Counted from the stretch's first letter, positions 1 to 10,726 are shown. The stretch: 64,000 bases of DNA from Sulfolobales archaeon HS-7 (GCA_019704295.1 AP024596.1:832001-896000); one strand, 5' to 3'. The notes: generated by a model not told the origin, from the sequence alone. A program made the numbers and translations.

Positions 1-639
1 TTTTTCATCACTAATTGCTATTTTTTCATGGTTTGGTACGTCGTTGATTTCCATTAGATCCCTTATTGCCTCATAGACTGTTATTCTTTTTGTCATGATC
101 TGTGGTTTTATTTCAATATTAGAAATGAAAACTCTCGTCCTTCGCGATGGATTACCATAATTTTCTGCCCTCAATATATTAAAAAAAACTTTTGGATATC
201 CTGCGTCATCAAAAAGCCTAGAAAGTTCGTCTCTTAACTCACCATGTTCTACTAAAGACGGAACGTTTTCCATTACGAATATGCAAGGATTAATTTCCTT
301 AAGAACTCTTATGTATTCTAATGTCAGTAGTCCTCTCTCATCCTCATATAACCGCGATAGTGGCTCTTTCTTCCTTTTTGGATTAGCCGCTGTAAAAGCT
401 TCGCACGGCGGACTGCCTATTACTATTTTTGGGTGACTATTGATTAATTTTATTTGTTTCCAATTAAAATAGGCTATATCCTCTTCTAATACTAATGTTG
501 TGGGAAAGTTAGATGCATACGTTCTAGCCGCATCATGATTTTTTTCTAATGCAACAATTATTTCAAACCAGTATGAGAATCCTCTACTAAATCCTCCAGC
601 ACCTGCGAAAAGATCAATTACTGCTGGCTTTTGTTTCAT
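1..639 (-). CDS. DNA (cytosine-5)-methyltransferase family protein, truncated by the window edge
   Basis: Not in the ORF track; manual translation from ATG at 639 gives MKQKPAVIDLFAGAGGFSRGF (motif I FxGxG), IGSPPCEAF (catalytic PC), FVMENVP (motif VI) and YGNPSRRTRVF (motif VIII). Confidence 0.9.
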   Translation of the reverse strand, partial: MKQKPAVIDLFAGAGGFSRGFSYWFEIIVALEKNHDAARTYASNFPTTLVLEEDIAYFNWKQIKLINSHPKIVIGSPPCEAFTAANPKRKKEPLSRLYEDERGLLTLEYIRVLKEINPCIFVMENVPSLVEHGELRDELSRLFDDAGYPKVFFNILRAENYGNPSRRTRVFISNIEIKPQIMTKRITVYEAIRDLMEINDVPNHEKIAISDEK

Positions 640-1141
640 TAGCAATCTCTTCTTCTAGTTTTTCTATTCTTTCCCTTAATCTCTCCTTAACTTTTTCCGA
701 GTCGTAATAGGACAGTGGTGAACCACACCTAGGACACTTAAACTGATTTTCAAACGCCTCATCAAACGTGTATCTTGCGTAATCGTTATTACACACGTAA
801 AATGTATTGGAACTTTCGAATTCTAATCTCAATTTTAATTTTTCGAGTATTGCGCGCTTCCTATTTAGTATAATGTTATTAATTTGTTCTAAATTAGCCC
901 TCCAAAAATATATATACCATCCGGTATCCTTATCTCTTGTGCGTCTAGAAATCACGAATCCCTGTTCTGCCAACATGTAAAGAACCTTTCTGACATCATT
1001 TATCTTTAGATTTAGCTCGTTGGCTATATCTTCATCTTTCATTTCTTCCCTCCTCTTAATCAAAAGAGACAATACGTCAATAACATCATCGCCTAAAATT
1101 TCTTTCGCCATTTTTATTAATAATTCTTCTACACTACTCAT
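614..1141 (-). CDS. tfe: Transcription factor E subunit alpha
   Basis: Winged helix (DEDIANELNLKINDVRKVLY, GWYIYFW) plus zinc ribbon FYVC...FKCPRCG. Confidence 0.95.
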   Translation of the reverse strand: MSSVEELLIKMAKEILGDDVIDVLSLLIKRREEMKDEDIANELNLKINDVRKVLYMLAEQGFVISRRTRDKDTGWYIYFWRANLEQINNIILNRKRAILEKLKLRLEFESSNTFYVCNNDYARYTFDEAFENQFKCPRCGSPLSYYDSEKVKERLRERIEKLEEEIANETKASSN

Positions 1142-1685
1142 TCTTAACTACCTTTTTCCCCCTTTCTTGTGGTATTATGCGTAACTTGGAATCCTGAAAA
1201 TATATATCGAGTTCCTCCCCTTTATATATTCTGTCTAAGAAGATGGCTAACGCAGCTATTTCAGAATGTGGTTGGGAAGAAATTGATATATTAAAGTCCG
1301 AATTATAGTAATACCATCCCTCAACCTTCTGACTTCCTACTACTATGAGAATTGGTTTCTGAATAGTTGAGATAATATCCATAACTTGATTAATTCTCTG
1401 TCCATACATTGTTAAGTGAATTACGATACCTCCTCTCTTCTTCCACTCAATAACTAGGCGCTGCGGATTTTCACAGTAATCTATTTCAAAATACGTTCCT
1501 CCCCACATCGACTTTACATTCTCTATTTTTTTGATTAACGCGTTATCTTCATCCCCTGCAATGAAAATTCCTCTAGCTCCCAACGCTCTTGCAACTAATG
1601 CAACGTGAGTTGTAACTCTTTTATCTCTCTGCTTCCTATGGCCTAACCTCAGTATATATATTTCTTTATATCTAAAGCTTGAGAT
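1134..1685 (-). CDS. trm56: tRNA (cytidine(56)-2'-O)-methyltransferase, SPOUT family; start codon uncertain
   Basis: IHLTMYG, VGSQKV and QPHSEIAALAIFLDR motifs. The frame extends upstream of the TTG at 1583 through the conserved RLGHRxxRDKRVTTHVALVARA segment. Confidence 0.9.
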   Translation of the reverse strand: MSSFRYKEIYILRLGHRKQRDKRVTTHVALVARALGARGIFIAGDEDNALIKKIENVKSMWGGTYFEIDYCENPQRLVIEWKKRGGIVIHLTMYGQRINQVMDIISTIQKPILIVVGSQKVEGWYYYNSDFNISISSQPHSEIAALAIFLDRIYKGEELDIYFQDSKLRIIPQERGKKVVKNE

Positions 1686-2719
1686 AAATGCTCCCTCACA
1701 CTGCTTATATTTTGCTTAGTTTTTGCAGAAACAGGAACTATTCCAATAACCGGTTCATATTTATTTTGAATTAACTCTTTAGCTTTCCTAATTTTAACGT
1801 CTATGTCCCTTGTAATATCTATTTTATTTAGGAGTAATAATAGGGGTTTACCACTAAGTCCTATTTGTCGCATTATATTTATGGAACCCATAAACATTTT
1901 TGTAAAAATCTGTATATCACTAGACGCATCTATAACAAGAATTAATGCGTCAGAAAACTTTGCCTCAGATAAGGTTACGTGAAACGCCTCAATTATTTGG
2001 GGGGGAATACTCATTATGAAACCTACACTATCTACTAGAACTGCCTTCGCTCCATTTATATCAATTGAAGCTCTCTTTGGGGACATCGTCGTAAACATGG
2101 AATTATCAACCTTCTTGTTAAGACCCGACAATACATTAAATATAGATGTCTTACCAACATTTGTATAGCCTAGAATAGTCACCTGCGGCAGTCCACGCTC
2201 TTTAAGCTTCTCAAGTCTCAGTGTAGTTACTGTCTTTATTCGCTGCAATTCATTATTTAATCTAGATATTCTTCTTTTATGATATTTTAATAGTGCCTCT
2301 AATTCATATTTTCCTCCGCCAAAGGGACCTTGTTGTTCACCGAGTTTACTCCTTCTAATTTGATCTCTTAGTAGCGGAACTTCGTACTTTAATTTAGCAA
2401 GTTCTATCTGCAATTTCGCCTCTTTCGCTCCGGCATGTAATGCAAATATTTCTAGGAGAAGTTGTATTTTATCTAGTATTCTGATATTTTTTAATTGTAA
2501 GCTCAAATTTATAAGTTGCCTAGGCTTTAGGGTATCAAATATTACTACTACATCTGGCATATCGCTGTTTATCTGTTTAATTTTATCCTCACTAATAAAA
2601 TATTTGGGATTATTTTTTTCGCCTATTTTATACTCTCTTATAATCTTATAGTTTAAAGTACTTACTAACGCTTTAGCCTCTACCGCATCATCTAGTTTTG
2701 AAAAAAGTATACAATTCAA
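1649..2719 (-). CDS. hflX: GTPase HflX
   Basis: GYTNVGKTS P-loop, DSVGF, NKID and EAKLQIELAKLKY motifs. Confidence 0.95.
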   Translation of the reverse strand: MNCILFSKLDDAVEAKALVSTLNYKIIREYKIGEKNNPKYFISEDKIKQINSDMPDVVVIFDTLKPRQLINLSLQLKNIRILDKIQLLLEIFALHAGAKEAKLQIELAKLKYEVPLLRDQIRRSKLGEQQGPFGGGKYELEALLKYHKRRISRLNNELQRIKTVTTLRLEKLKERGLPQVTILGYTNVGKTSIFNVLSGLNKKVDNSMFTTMSPKRASIDINGAKAVLVDSVGFIMSIPPQIIEAFHVTLSEAKFSDALILVIDASSDIQIFTKMFMGSINIMRQIGLSGKPLLLLLNKIDITRDIDVKIRKAKELIQNKYEPVIGIVPVSAKTKQNISSVREHLSQALDIKKYIY

Positions 2720-3222
2720 TTTTTCCTTACCTTATTTCTGATATTGACTATGTCGCCTAATGTGAGCTCGAACTCATCATCATTGCCTTCTAACTGGTTA
2801 TCTGTTCCTTCTTCAAAATTTTTTGTAATAAGGGATATATTTAAAATTTTTTCAAGACTCTTCGCTTGTTCTAGCGTAGGTCTTAATTTGCCGCTCTCAA
2901 AACGCTTTACAATATTCTCCTGTACTTTCATTTTATCAGCTAATTGCTTTGTAGTCATATGCAATCTTTCACGACCTTCCCGGATTAGTTGTCCATAATT
3001 CTCAATAATGTCTTCTTCTGGTAAATCCCTTATTGTCCTTCTGGTTATCATTTTTTTAGAATTAAATTTTTTTTGTTGTTGTTTAATAACTTTTGCATCA
3101 CTTTTCACTTTATTATAGCAAATATCGCATAACGATAACGTGGCTCCTTCTATGTTTACTTGGGTAACATTATTAGTTTTTCTTCCACACATTTCACAGT
3201 ATAACTCTTCCCCTCTTCGCAT
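2716..3222 (-). CDS. mbf1: Multiprotein bridging factor aMBF1
   Basis: N-terminal zinc ribbon CEMCG...CDIC, HTH and C-terminal LTLGDIV; conserved position between hflX and pan. Confidence 0.9.
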   Translation of the reverse strand: MRRGEELYCEMCGRKTNNVTQVNIEGATLSLCDICYNKVKSDAKVIKQQQKKFNSKKMITRRTIRDLPEEDIIENYGQLIREGRERLHMTTKQLADKMKVQENIVKRFESGKLRPTLEQAKSLEKILNISLITKNFEEGTDNQLEGNDDEFELTLGDIVNIRNKVRKN

Positions 3223-3293
3223 TTGTACCTTAAAATAATAATTAGCATTAAACGTTATTAGCCTATCTATATAATTAATAGTACTGGATTAGT

Positions 3294-4472
3294 TTGTCAG
3301 GTAGTATAGATGATTATCCAGTAAGCAGAAGCGGAGACGACTCAATAATAAAGATCTTGGAAGAGAAAGTAAAAAGTATGCAGGTTGAGATAGAATCCTT
3401 AAGAAAAGAATTAATATATTATAAAAGCGAGTTCGAAAAGCTCATGAGTCCTCCTCTAATAGAGGCTACTGTACTTGACGTTCTTGAAGACGGTAGAGTT
3501 GTGGTTAGAAGCTCTTCTGGACCAAATCTTATAGTGAATGTATCGCATAATATCGATTACGGACTCATAAAACCTGGTTCTGTTGTAGCCCTAAGCCAAA
3601 GAGGTTCTACAGTGGTGGAGGTATTACCTGATAGGGACGATTTATTAGTGAAGTCGTTAGAGGTTATTGACAGACCAAATGTAACGTTTACTGACATAGG
3701 TGGACTGGATGAACAAATTAGGGAAATAAAGGAAGTCGTTCAACTTCCGCTAACAAATCCCAGCATCTTTAAGGAAATAGGAATAGAACCACCTAAAGGT
3801 ATTTTGTTATATGGTCCTCCGGGGACAGGGAAAACGATGTTAGCTAAAGCAGTAGCCAGAGAAAGCAACGCTACTTTTCTTCATGTAGTCGCCTCAGAAT
3901 TCGCGCAAAAATTTGTAGGTGAGGGAGCTAAACTAGTCAAAGAGTTATTTGAACTTGCCAGAAAAAAGAAACCTTCAATCGTGTTCATTGATGAGATAGA
4001 TGCTATCGCTGCTAAAAGGATCGAAGTAGGTACTAGTGGTGAAAGAGAAATTCAGAGAACTTTAATGCAGTTACTCTCTGAGATAGACGGATTTAACAAT
4101 TTAGAGGCGGTCAAAGTTATTGCGGCTACTAATAGAATTGACATTTTAGATCCAGCTATTTTACGACCCGGCAGATTTGATAGGCTTATCTACGTACCAT
4201 TACCAAATGAAAAAGGAAGAGAGGAAATATTTAAGATATATTTAAAAAGGATGAAAATTTCAGAGAAGATCGATGTCAAAACACTAGCTCTAATGACGAA
4301 TGAGTTTAGCGGAGCCGATATAAAGAATGTATGTATAGAAGCTGCGTATCAGGCTATAAGGGAAGGCAGGACCTCAGTATCAGGAACGGACTTCATAGCC
4401 GCAGTAAATTATATCAAATCAAAAAAGAATAATTTAACGAAAAACGTTGAGAGGAGTGAGAAGTTCATATGA
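3294..4472 (+). CDS. pan: Proteasome-activating nucleotidase
   Basis: Coiled coil and OB domain, AAA+ [15 protein letters not shown] and LRPGRFDR. Confidence 0.96.
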   Translation: MSGSIDDYPVSRSGDDSIIKILEEKVKSMQVEIESLRKELIYYKSEFEKLMSPPLIEATVLDVLEDGRVVVRSSSGPNLIVNVSHNIDYGLIKPGSVVALSQRGSTVVEVLPDRDDLLVKSLEVIDRPNVTFTDIGGLDEQIREIKEVVQLPLTNPSIFKEIGIEPPKGILLYGPPGTGKTMLAKAVARESNATFLHVVASEFAQKFVGEGAKLVKELFELARKKKPSIVFIDEIDAIAAKRIEVGTSGEREIQRTLMQLLSEIDGFNNLEAVKVIAATNRIDILDPAILRPGRFDRLIYVPLPNEKGREEIFKIYLKRMKISEKIDVKTLALMTNEFSGADIKNVCIEAAYQAIREGRTSVSGTDFIAAVNYIKSKKNNLTKNVERSEKFI

Positions 4473-4953
4473 AGCAACAAAAGAAGATTTTGAGTTCTTA
4501 AATTCCGTGCTGATATATCAGTTAGGTAGGAAGGAAGCTGACGCCCTATTAAATGTACAGAAACTGTTTATTAGTCGTTCGCACTTTACTAATAGAATAA
4601 GAAACGTATATGATAATGATAAGCTATTATTTTCCTTAAGGCCGAAGGATGGAAGAGCGTCTCTATCCCTATTTGGAGGAGTAACCTTATTTAACAAAGT
4701 CCCCGATAGCTGGCTCATAATCAGGATTAAGGACGAGGTTGCTGAATTTATTGCGAAAGGTCTAAGTGTTTTCGCTAAACACGTTATTAGCGTAAATCCT
4801 GAAATCAGACCTGGGGATGAGGTCATAGTAGTTGCAAACAATAAGGTAGTAGGTGTAGGAAGGGCTACCCTATCAGGGAGAGAAATAGGTTATTTTAATA
4901 TTGGCGTAGCTGTAAAGATTAGAAGGGGTATAAACAATTGGCAAAAGTTATGA
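4447..4953 (+). CDS. PUA-domain RNA-binding protein
   Basis: GLSVFAKHV...[10 protein letters not shown]...VGVGRA...GVAVKIR PUA signature. Confidence 0.85.
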   Translation: MRGVRSSYEATKEDFEFLNSVLIYQLGRKEADALLNVQKLFISRSHFTNRIRNVYDNDKLLFSLRPKDGRASLSLFGGVTLFNKVPDSWLIIRIKDEVAEFIAKGLSVFAKHVISVNPEIRPGDEVIVVANNKVVGVGRATLSGREIGYFNIGVAVKIRRGINNWQKL

Positions 4954-5657
4954 TAACAGGAGTTGATAGCAAACAGTTGCAAAACTCTACATTAATAACT
5001 GGGTTTAGAACCTTAGGAGAGGTTGGCTATTTAGCGGTGAGACATTTAATATTATCTACTAAACCTAGAAAAATAGGTGCAATAGTGACGAAGTATCAGA
5101 CAGATATTACGTTCTTGGACGAATACGGTTTGGCAACGCCATTTGACATCTTCTTTGATGAGGGGAAAAAAATAATCTATATACTGAATCATCTTCTTCC
5201 CATAAGAAGAGAATGGGCCGATTTTTCAAGGACTATAATTAAATGGTCCCTCTCATTAAATGTAAGTAATATGTTCTTGATAGGAGGGTTAGATAGGAGA
5301 TACAAAACTACGCAGGCATCTATGGCTTGGTTAAAAAATAACTATTCGCCCATTGAACTAAATATGCCGTTACTTGAGAAACAACAATTGATCATAGGTC
5401 CATTAGCCTTACTTATTATATATTCTGAACTATACAAAGTGCCAGCTTCGATCCTACTACCTTATGCGGATAGAGATAGACCAGACCCAGCAGCTGCGGC
5501 CGAAGCGGTTAACGTAATAAGCGAATTAATGGGACTGAAAATAGATGTTAATCAACTTTTGGAAGACGCTAAGCGGATCGAAGAAGAGATAACTAAACAG
5601 TTAAAACAACTACAAGATGAGATGTATAAATCACAACCGAATAGACATTATATGTAA
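4938..5657 (+). CDS. Proteasome assembly chaperone (PAC2 family)
   Basis: ITGFRTLGEVGYLA and PDPAAAAEAV motifs; downstream of pan. Confidence 0.85.
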   Translation: MAKVMITGVDSKQLQNSTLITGFRTLGEVGYLAVRHLILSTKPRKIGAIVTKYQTDITFLDEYGLATPFDIFFDEGKKIIYILNHLLPIRREWADFSRTIIKWSLSLNVSNMFLIGGLDRRYKTTQASMAWLKNNYSPIELNMPLLEKQQLIIGPLALLIIYSELYKVPASILLPYADRDRPDPAAAAEAVNVISELMGLKIDVNQLLEDAKRIEEEITKQLKQLQDEMYKSQPNRHYM

Positions 5658-7141
5658 TGTAGCTCAGCCTTACATATTCTCTCAATTTTTTTAGCTAACT
5701 TTGCTGAAGCGTAGATAGTGATCTGTTTACTGTCGTTGCTCTTACAAAACTCGGCTAAGGTCTTAAGTAGATCCCGTTTAACCTCGTACTCTAACGACTT
5801 AGAGTTTTCGAATTGCGATAGTGGGTATATCTCTGAAACATTTATCGGTATCAACCCGAAATATGGATAGAATATTAATACCTCTGCCTCAGGAAACTTT
5901 TCCCTAATATTCCTTACAAATTCTGACGAAATAAACGGTTTTCTTATTTTTAAGCCATCTATTAATATTATACTATTTTTTTCAACTTTATAATTTTTCA
6001 TAAAAGTCTTATGCCTTGTTATCTCTGGACGCCAGAGGGAATTCCTTGTAATCAAAAATATTCCCTTTTCTCCTGTTCGACGGTCGTAATTTTCCAAATA
6101 TTCTTTATATTTTTTTAATCTATTAAAGGAATCGTAAAGACTTGGATGTACAAGGGATTTCTCCTCTGCATATTCGAATAACCTACCCTCTCTAATTGCT
6201 ATTTTTATCCTTTTTATTTCCTCAGATATTTTAATTAAATTGTGAATAGAGAGAAGCCTCGTTCTATCTTGATATTCCATCTCTTTTAATTCCTTGGGAA
6301 GATATCTAGAGCATACGTTACAACTACAAGGGAAATAGTCTAGTTGATCTAATTTGTAAACTCTCCCTTCTGTTATGTATCTGCCATTCCTTGCATATAA
6401 AATATATGAGGCTGAATCAAAGGTATCCACACCTAAGATTACCGCTATAGGAAATACATGTGGCAATCCTGCACCGAAGAGATGGAGGGCTTTTCCTCTA
6501 CTTACGTTAGACTTTGCAGTATAAATCATCTCTACAAGTTTAACGTAATTATACTCCTTCATAAGTACGGTTGGGCTTCCCAATCCTAACATCTTATACT
6601 TGTTCGCCGAATCAGCCATTTTCGCCGAGAAGCTTAACAATTCAAGATTATATCCACCTTGAATAGGATGCAACCAAACAATTCTTTCATTATCTATTAC
6701 ACTTTCAACCTCTTTTCCTCTTTTTATTGTTTCTTCTACTGAATATTTAACTTTTTCAACCTTATTAGAATTACCAGTAGGAATATCCAGTATTACTCCA
6801 ATGTCAGGAAGAATAAGATTCTCGTATTCTACTATTTCTTTATTAGTCACGTCCACGTTTCCGTATTCTAGTATTTGGTATGCGCCAGAATCAGTCATTA
6901 TTATTTGGTCTGTATTAAAAAATGAATGAATAGTAGAACTTATTTGCATTTTTTTAAGGAAGTATGCATTAGTTATGAAGTTATCAAATCCTAACGATTT
7001 TAGATCCTTAGGGGTTATCGTAGTATCTGAGGGATCAATAACAGGAAAAAACGCAGGGGTTTCTAGTTTTCCATGTCGCGTATGGAGTACGCCTATTCTC
7101 CCTGCGAGGTCTTCGTACTTTATTTCGAAGTCTCCGTTCAT
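5648..7141 (-). CDS. tgtA: 7-cyano-7-deazaguanine tRNA-ribosyltransferase (archaeosine TGT)
   Basis: ETPAFFPV, MTDSGAYQ, HLFGAG, DTFDSASY and the CSCNVC zinc site. Confidence 0.95.
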   Translation of the reverse strand: MNGDFEIKYEDLAGRIGVLHTRHGKLETPAFFPVIDPSDTTITPKDLKSLGFDNFITNAYFLKKMQISSTIHSFFNTDQIIMTDSGAYQILEYGNVDVTNKEIVEYENLILPDIGVILDIPTGNSNKVEKVKYSVEETIKRGKEVESVIDNERIVWLHPIQGGYNLELLSFSAKMADSANKYKMLGLGSPTVLMKEYNYVKLVEMIYTAKSNVSRGKALHLFGAGLPHVFPIAVILGVDTFDSASYILYARNGRYITEGRVYKLDQLDYFPCSCNVCSRYLPKELKEMEYQDRTRLLSIHNLIKISEEIKRIKIAIREGRLFEYAEEKSLVHPSLYDSFNRLKKYKEYLENYDRRTGEKGIFLITRNSLWRPEITRHKTFMKNYKVEKNSIILIDGLKIRKPFISSEFVRNIREKFPEAEVLIFYPYFGLIPINVSEIYPLSQFENSKSLEYEVKRDLLKTLAEFCKSNDSKQITIYASAKLAKKIERICKAELHYI

Positions 7142-7581
7142 TGCTTCTGCTCTTTTTTCTTCTTTATATATTCATTGTAGATGTCAGTTACTTTCTGGGC
7201 TAAAGGACCAGTGCCCTCCACACCAATATTTTCCGTTACTGTAATTTTCTCCATAATGGTAACTACTCCGGTTTCCTCGTAAACCTTTACATCACCTGGT
7301 CTTAATTTTAACGTTTTTTCCACAAGTTCCGCAAATTCACTGGGTACGAATAGAGGAGTTGTCTTCATGAGTATTTCTGAAATGCTATTACCGTTAATAA
7401 CTACCTTGTAATAGGAGTTGTTATTATTGTCTTTCGCATTAGTTAAACTTAATGTAAGTGAAGGTAAGTCGTAACCCGTGAGTTGTCCTATATATTCCTT
7501 TCCACTAATTAGCCTGACCACGACTTGTTTATCAAGCATAGATGCGATGTCATTTACTATTCTCCTATTCTGGGAACTCAT
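7138..7581 (-). CDS. Sm-like protein SmAP3 (Lsm with C-terminal extension)
   Basis: Sm1/Sm2 motifs (VVVRLISGKEYIGQL, VVINGNSI) plus C-terminal domain; divergent from rpo8. Confidence 0.88.
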   Translation of the reverse strand: MSSQNRRIVNDIASMLDKQVVVRLISGKEYIGQLTGYDLPSLTLSLTNAKDNNNNSYYKVVINGNSISEILMKTTPLFVPSEFAELVEKTLKLRPGDVKVYEETGVVTIMEKITVTENIGVEGTGPLAQKVTDIYNEYIKKKKEQKQ

Positions 7582-7632
7582 TTAAACACCAAATAGAAAT
7601 AAAGTTGGACGGATAAATAATGGTGATCATCT

Positions 7633-8004
7633 ACGGTTAAGAATACCGAATTATCTCTCTCTGGGAAAGTAACTGACATTAAAGAAGGTACATTACCTGG
7701 AGTTTACGTGATCGAAGTTGAGGGAGACGGTATTGCGTTTTCAGTAGATATGGTCAAGGAATTAGTATCACTCACAAAGGGTCAGGAAGTTATAGTATCC
7801 CTTACAAAAAGTAAACCAGAATTTACGGAAAGGGATTTTTGTGCAAGAGGATATGTATTCCATGAGAGGAACGTAAACGGAAGGTTCGTTACACTAATAT
7901 CATTGTTTGGTCTATTGGTTAAGGTGAACTCTTCAGAAGGTCTTTTACAAAAGGGAGTATTCGCTATGTTAGATCACGTCTATCTTTGTATAAAGGTGAA
8001 GTGA
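7633..8004 (+). CDS. rpo8: DNA-directed RNA polymerase subunit Rpo8 (RpoG); probable non-canonical start
   Basis: DFCARGYV and TLISLFGLLVKV motifs. The frame is open from 7627 (in-frame TGA at 7624), upstream of the GTG at 7708. Confidence 0.85.
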   Translation, partial: TVKNTELSLSGKVTDIKEGTLPGVYVIEVEGDGIAFSVDMVKELVSLTKGQEVIVSLTKSKPEFTERDFCARGYVFHERNVNGRFVTLISLFGLLVKVNSSEGLLQKGVFAMLDHVYLCIKVK

Positions 8005-8006
8005 AA

Positions 8007-9068
8007 ATGATGGTAAGGAAAATTAGCGAAATAGAACCTATAAAGTGGAATAATGGCGAGGTGGTTTGGCTTAATGTAGCTAGACTGCCATGGGAAGAGG
8101 AATATAAACATTCGTCGAATTATGAAGACATAGCTAGAGCTATAGAAGTAATGGAAATAAGGGGTGCCCCTGCGATTGGTGTCGCTGCAGCATATGGAAT
8201 AGCAGTTGCAGTGTATAATTATAACGGAACGACCCAAGAGCTTTTAGAAGTAGCGAATAAAGCGTCTGAACGACTTAAGAGAACTAGACCGACAGCGGTA
8301 AACTTATTCTGGGCAGTAGAGAGAATGATGAACAAGGGAAACTATCTCTATCGGGATAACGTTAATCCCGAATCTTTCAAATCCTCTCTGCTTGAGGAGG
8401 CACATAAGATAAAAGAAGAAGATATACAAAATAATAAAAGAATGGGAGAAATAGGTAGCTCAGTTATAAAAGACGGAGACGTAATTCTAACACATTGTAA
8501 TACTGGTTCCCTTGCAACAGCTGGATTCGGCACAGCTTTAGGAGTTATAAGAAGTGCATGGTTACAAGGTAAAGACATTCAGGTAATAGCTACGGAAACT
8601 AGGCCGTTATTGCAAGGAGCTAGGCTGACAATTTGGGAATTATGGAAGGATGGAATACCTTCAAAACTCATTACTGATAACATGGCCGGCTTTCTAATGC
8701 AAAAGGGGCTAATATCTAAAGTAATACTGGGCGCTGATAGAATATTAAGGAATGGACACGTAATAAATAAAATAGGCACTTATTCGTTAGCAGTACTCGC
8801 TGAGCACCACGGAATAGAATTTTATGTTGCTGCACCAACTTCAACTATAGACATACAAACATCATTAAATGATGTTATAATAGAAAGCAGAAAAAGTGAA
8901 GAAGTAAAGAACGTAATGGGCAAACTTACGATAACAGTTGAAGAAGCGGATGCTATGAACTTTGCATTCGATATAACTCCTCCAGAACTTGTAACTGGAA
9001 TAATAACAGAGAAGGGAATTGCGAAATATCCTTTTAAAGAGTTGGAAAAACTCAAAAAAACTGATTAG
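8007..9068 (+). CDS. mtnA: S-methyl-5-thioribose-1-phosphate isomerase (eIF-2B-like family)
   Basis: IRGAPAIG, TRPTAVNL, LTHCNTGSLAT, ETRPLLQGARLT and FDITPPELV; GGTGA SD 7 nt before ATG 8007. Confidence 0.9.
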   Translation: MMVRKISEIEPIKWNNGEVVWLNVARLPWEEEYKHSSNYEDIARAIEVMEIRGAPAIGVAAAYGIAVAVYNYNGTTQELLEVANKASERLKRTRPTAVNLFWAVERMMNKGNYLYRDNVNPESFKSSLLEEAHKIKEEDIQNNKRMGEIGSSVIKDGDVILTHCNTGSLATAGFGTALGVIRSAWLQGKDIQVIATETRPLLQGARLTIWELWKDGIPSKLITDNMAGFLMQKGLISKVILGADRILRNGHVINKIGTYSLAVLAEHHGIEFYVAAPTSTIDIQTSLNDVIIESRKSEEVKNVMGKLTITVEEADAMNFAFDITPPELVTGIITEKGIAKYPFKELEKLKKTD

Positions 9069-10720
9069 TCTTCTTTTTCAGACTCCCCTTCTTTTTTCTC
9101 CGGACCTTTTCCTGCTCCAGTAGATTTCTTGCTTGCAGCTACCAGATCATCTATTCTTAATATGAGAGATGCCGCCTCGGTAGACGCCTTTAGCGCATTA
9201 ATCTTTACTACTGAGGGTTCAACTACGCCTAATTTCATCATTTCTTCTGGCTGTCCCGTAAATACATTTATACCATACCACTGTCCATTTTCTCCCTCAT
9301 GTAAACTTCTTAGTTTCATTAACATATCTACTGGATCAAGACCTGCATTTTCTATAAGAGTCATAGGAATTCCTTCAACGCCTGCTGCGAATGCCTGTAT
9401 TGCCAACTGTTCCTTTCCGCCAACTTGTTGTGCATACCTTCTTAACCTTTTAGCTATTTCTAGTTCTATAGCGCCCCCTCCAGCAACTATTCTACCATCC
9501 CTTATTACATCAGCAACTGTTCCTAATGCATCTTTTATGGCTCTTTCTACCTCATCAACAACCCTCTCTAATCCCCCTCTTATTAAAATACTTACTGATC
9601 TAGGATTCTTCGCCCCTTCGACGAACACCATCTTATCTTCTCCTACTTTCCTTTCTTCAACTAATTCAGCATGACCTAGGTCTTGTTCGGTTAACTCATC
9701 CAAGTTACTTACCACTCTACCACCAGTAGCTCTTGCTAGTTTCTCAAGATCACTCTTCTTGGCTCTTCTCACAGCAAGGATACCTTTCTTTGCTAGGAAG
9801 TGTTGAGCAACATCGTCAATTCCTTTCTGGCATATAACTACGTTAGCTCCAGTAGAAGCTATCTTGTCGACCATTTCCCTTAATATGTTCTCTTCCTCCT
9901 CTAGGAATTTGTTCATTTGCGTTGGGTCATTTATTCTTATTTCAGCATCAATTTCAGGTTTTTCTACCTCTAATGCGGCGTCAAGGAGTGCGATCTTTGC
10001 ATGTTCAACTCTTTTTGGCATTCCAGGATGGACTACTTCTTTATCCACGATTATTCCATACACTAGTTGAGTGTCGTTTATACTTCCTCCGTGCTTTTTA
10101 ACTAACTGAACGTTATCAAGATCTACATACCATTTGTCTCCCCTTTTCTCTGCTATTTGGGTTACTGCTTTCATAATAATTTCTGCAATGTAATCTCTTG
10201 CCCCTGCAATAGCCTTACTACTTAAGGATGTCCTGGCTACTTGTTTTATTATTTCAGTATCATTTATCGTAATATGCTTTGATAATTCATCAACGGCTTT
10301 TGTTGCCTCATCTAGAGCCTTCTTATACCCAGACACTATCACAGTGGGATGAATTTCCTTATCAAGCAGTTCTTCCGCTTTTTTAACAAGCTCTCCCGCT
10401 AGTACTACTGCGGTTTTTGTTCCGTCTCCAGTTTCCTCATCCTGACCTTTCGCAATTTGAACTAGTAACTTAGCAGCAGGGTGTTGTAAATCCATTTTAT
10501 CAAGTATAGTAGCTCCGTCGTTTGTAATCGTTATATCACCCAGACTATCTACTAACATTTTGTCCATACCTCTTGGGCCATAAGTTGTTCTTAGCGCTTC
10601 CTGAACAGCTTTCACAGCTGCTATATTATTTCTTAAGGCTTCTTTCCCGTAACTTCTAGACGAACCCTCTTTAAGTATGATTACGGGGATTCCTTCTGGA
10701 GTTGTAGCAAGTGTTGCCAT
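9065..10720 (-). CDS. thsB: Thermosome (group II chaperonin) beta subunit
   Basis: [17 protein letters not shown] and the crenarchaeal beta-type N-terminus [16 protein letters not shown]. Confidence 0.93.
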   Translation of the reverse strand: MATLATTPEGIPVIILKEGSSRSYGKEALRNNIAAVKAVQEALRTTYGPRGMDKMLVDSLGDITITNDGATILDKMDLQHPAAKLLVQIAKGQDEETGDGTKTAVVLAGELVKKAEELLDKEIHPTVIVSGYKKALDEATKAVDELSKHITINDTEIIKQVARTSLSSKAIAGARDYIAEIIMKAVTQIAEKRGDKWYVDLDNVQLVKKHGGSINDTQLVYGIIVDKEVVHPGMPKRVEHAKIALLDAALEVEKPEIDAEIRINDPTQMNKFLEEEENILREMVDKIASTGANVVICQKGIDDVAQHFLAKKGILAVRRAKKSDLEKLARATGGRVVSNLDELTEQDLGHAELVEERKVGEDKMVFVEGAKNPRSVSILIRGGLERVVDEVERAIKDALGTVADVIRDGRIVAGGGAIELEIAKRLRRYAQQVGGKEQLAIQAFAAGVEGIPMTLIENAGLDPVDMLMKLRSLHEGENGQWYGINVFTGQPEEMMKLGVVEPSVVKINALKASTEAASLILRIDDLVAASKKSTGAGKGPEKKEGESEKED

Positions 10721-10726
10721 GAGAAT

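Noticed and set aside
9129-9674. Long antisense ORFs inside thsB, atpA/B, dpo1, carB and others
   Set aside because: Shadow frames of well-conserved genes, with Ser/Ile/Phe-rich composition and no motifs.
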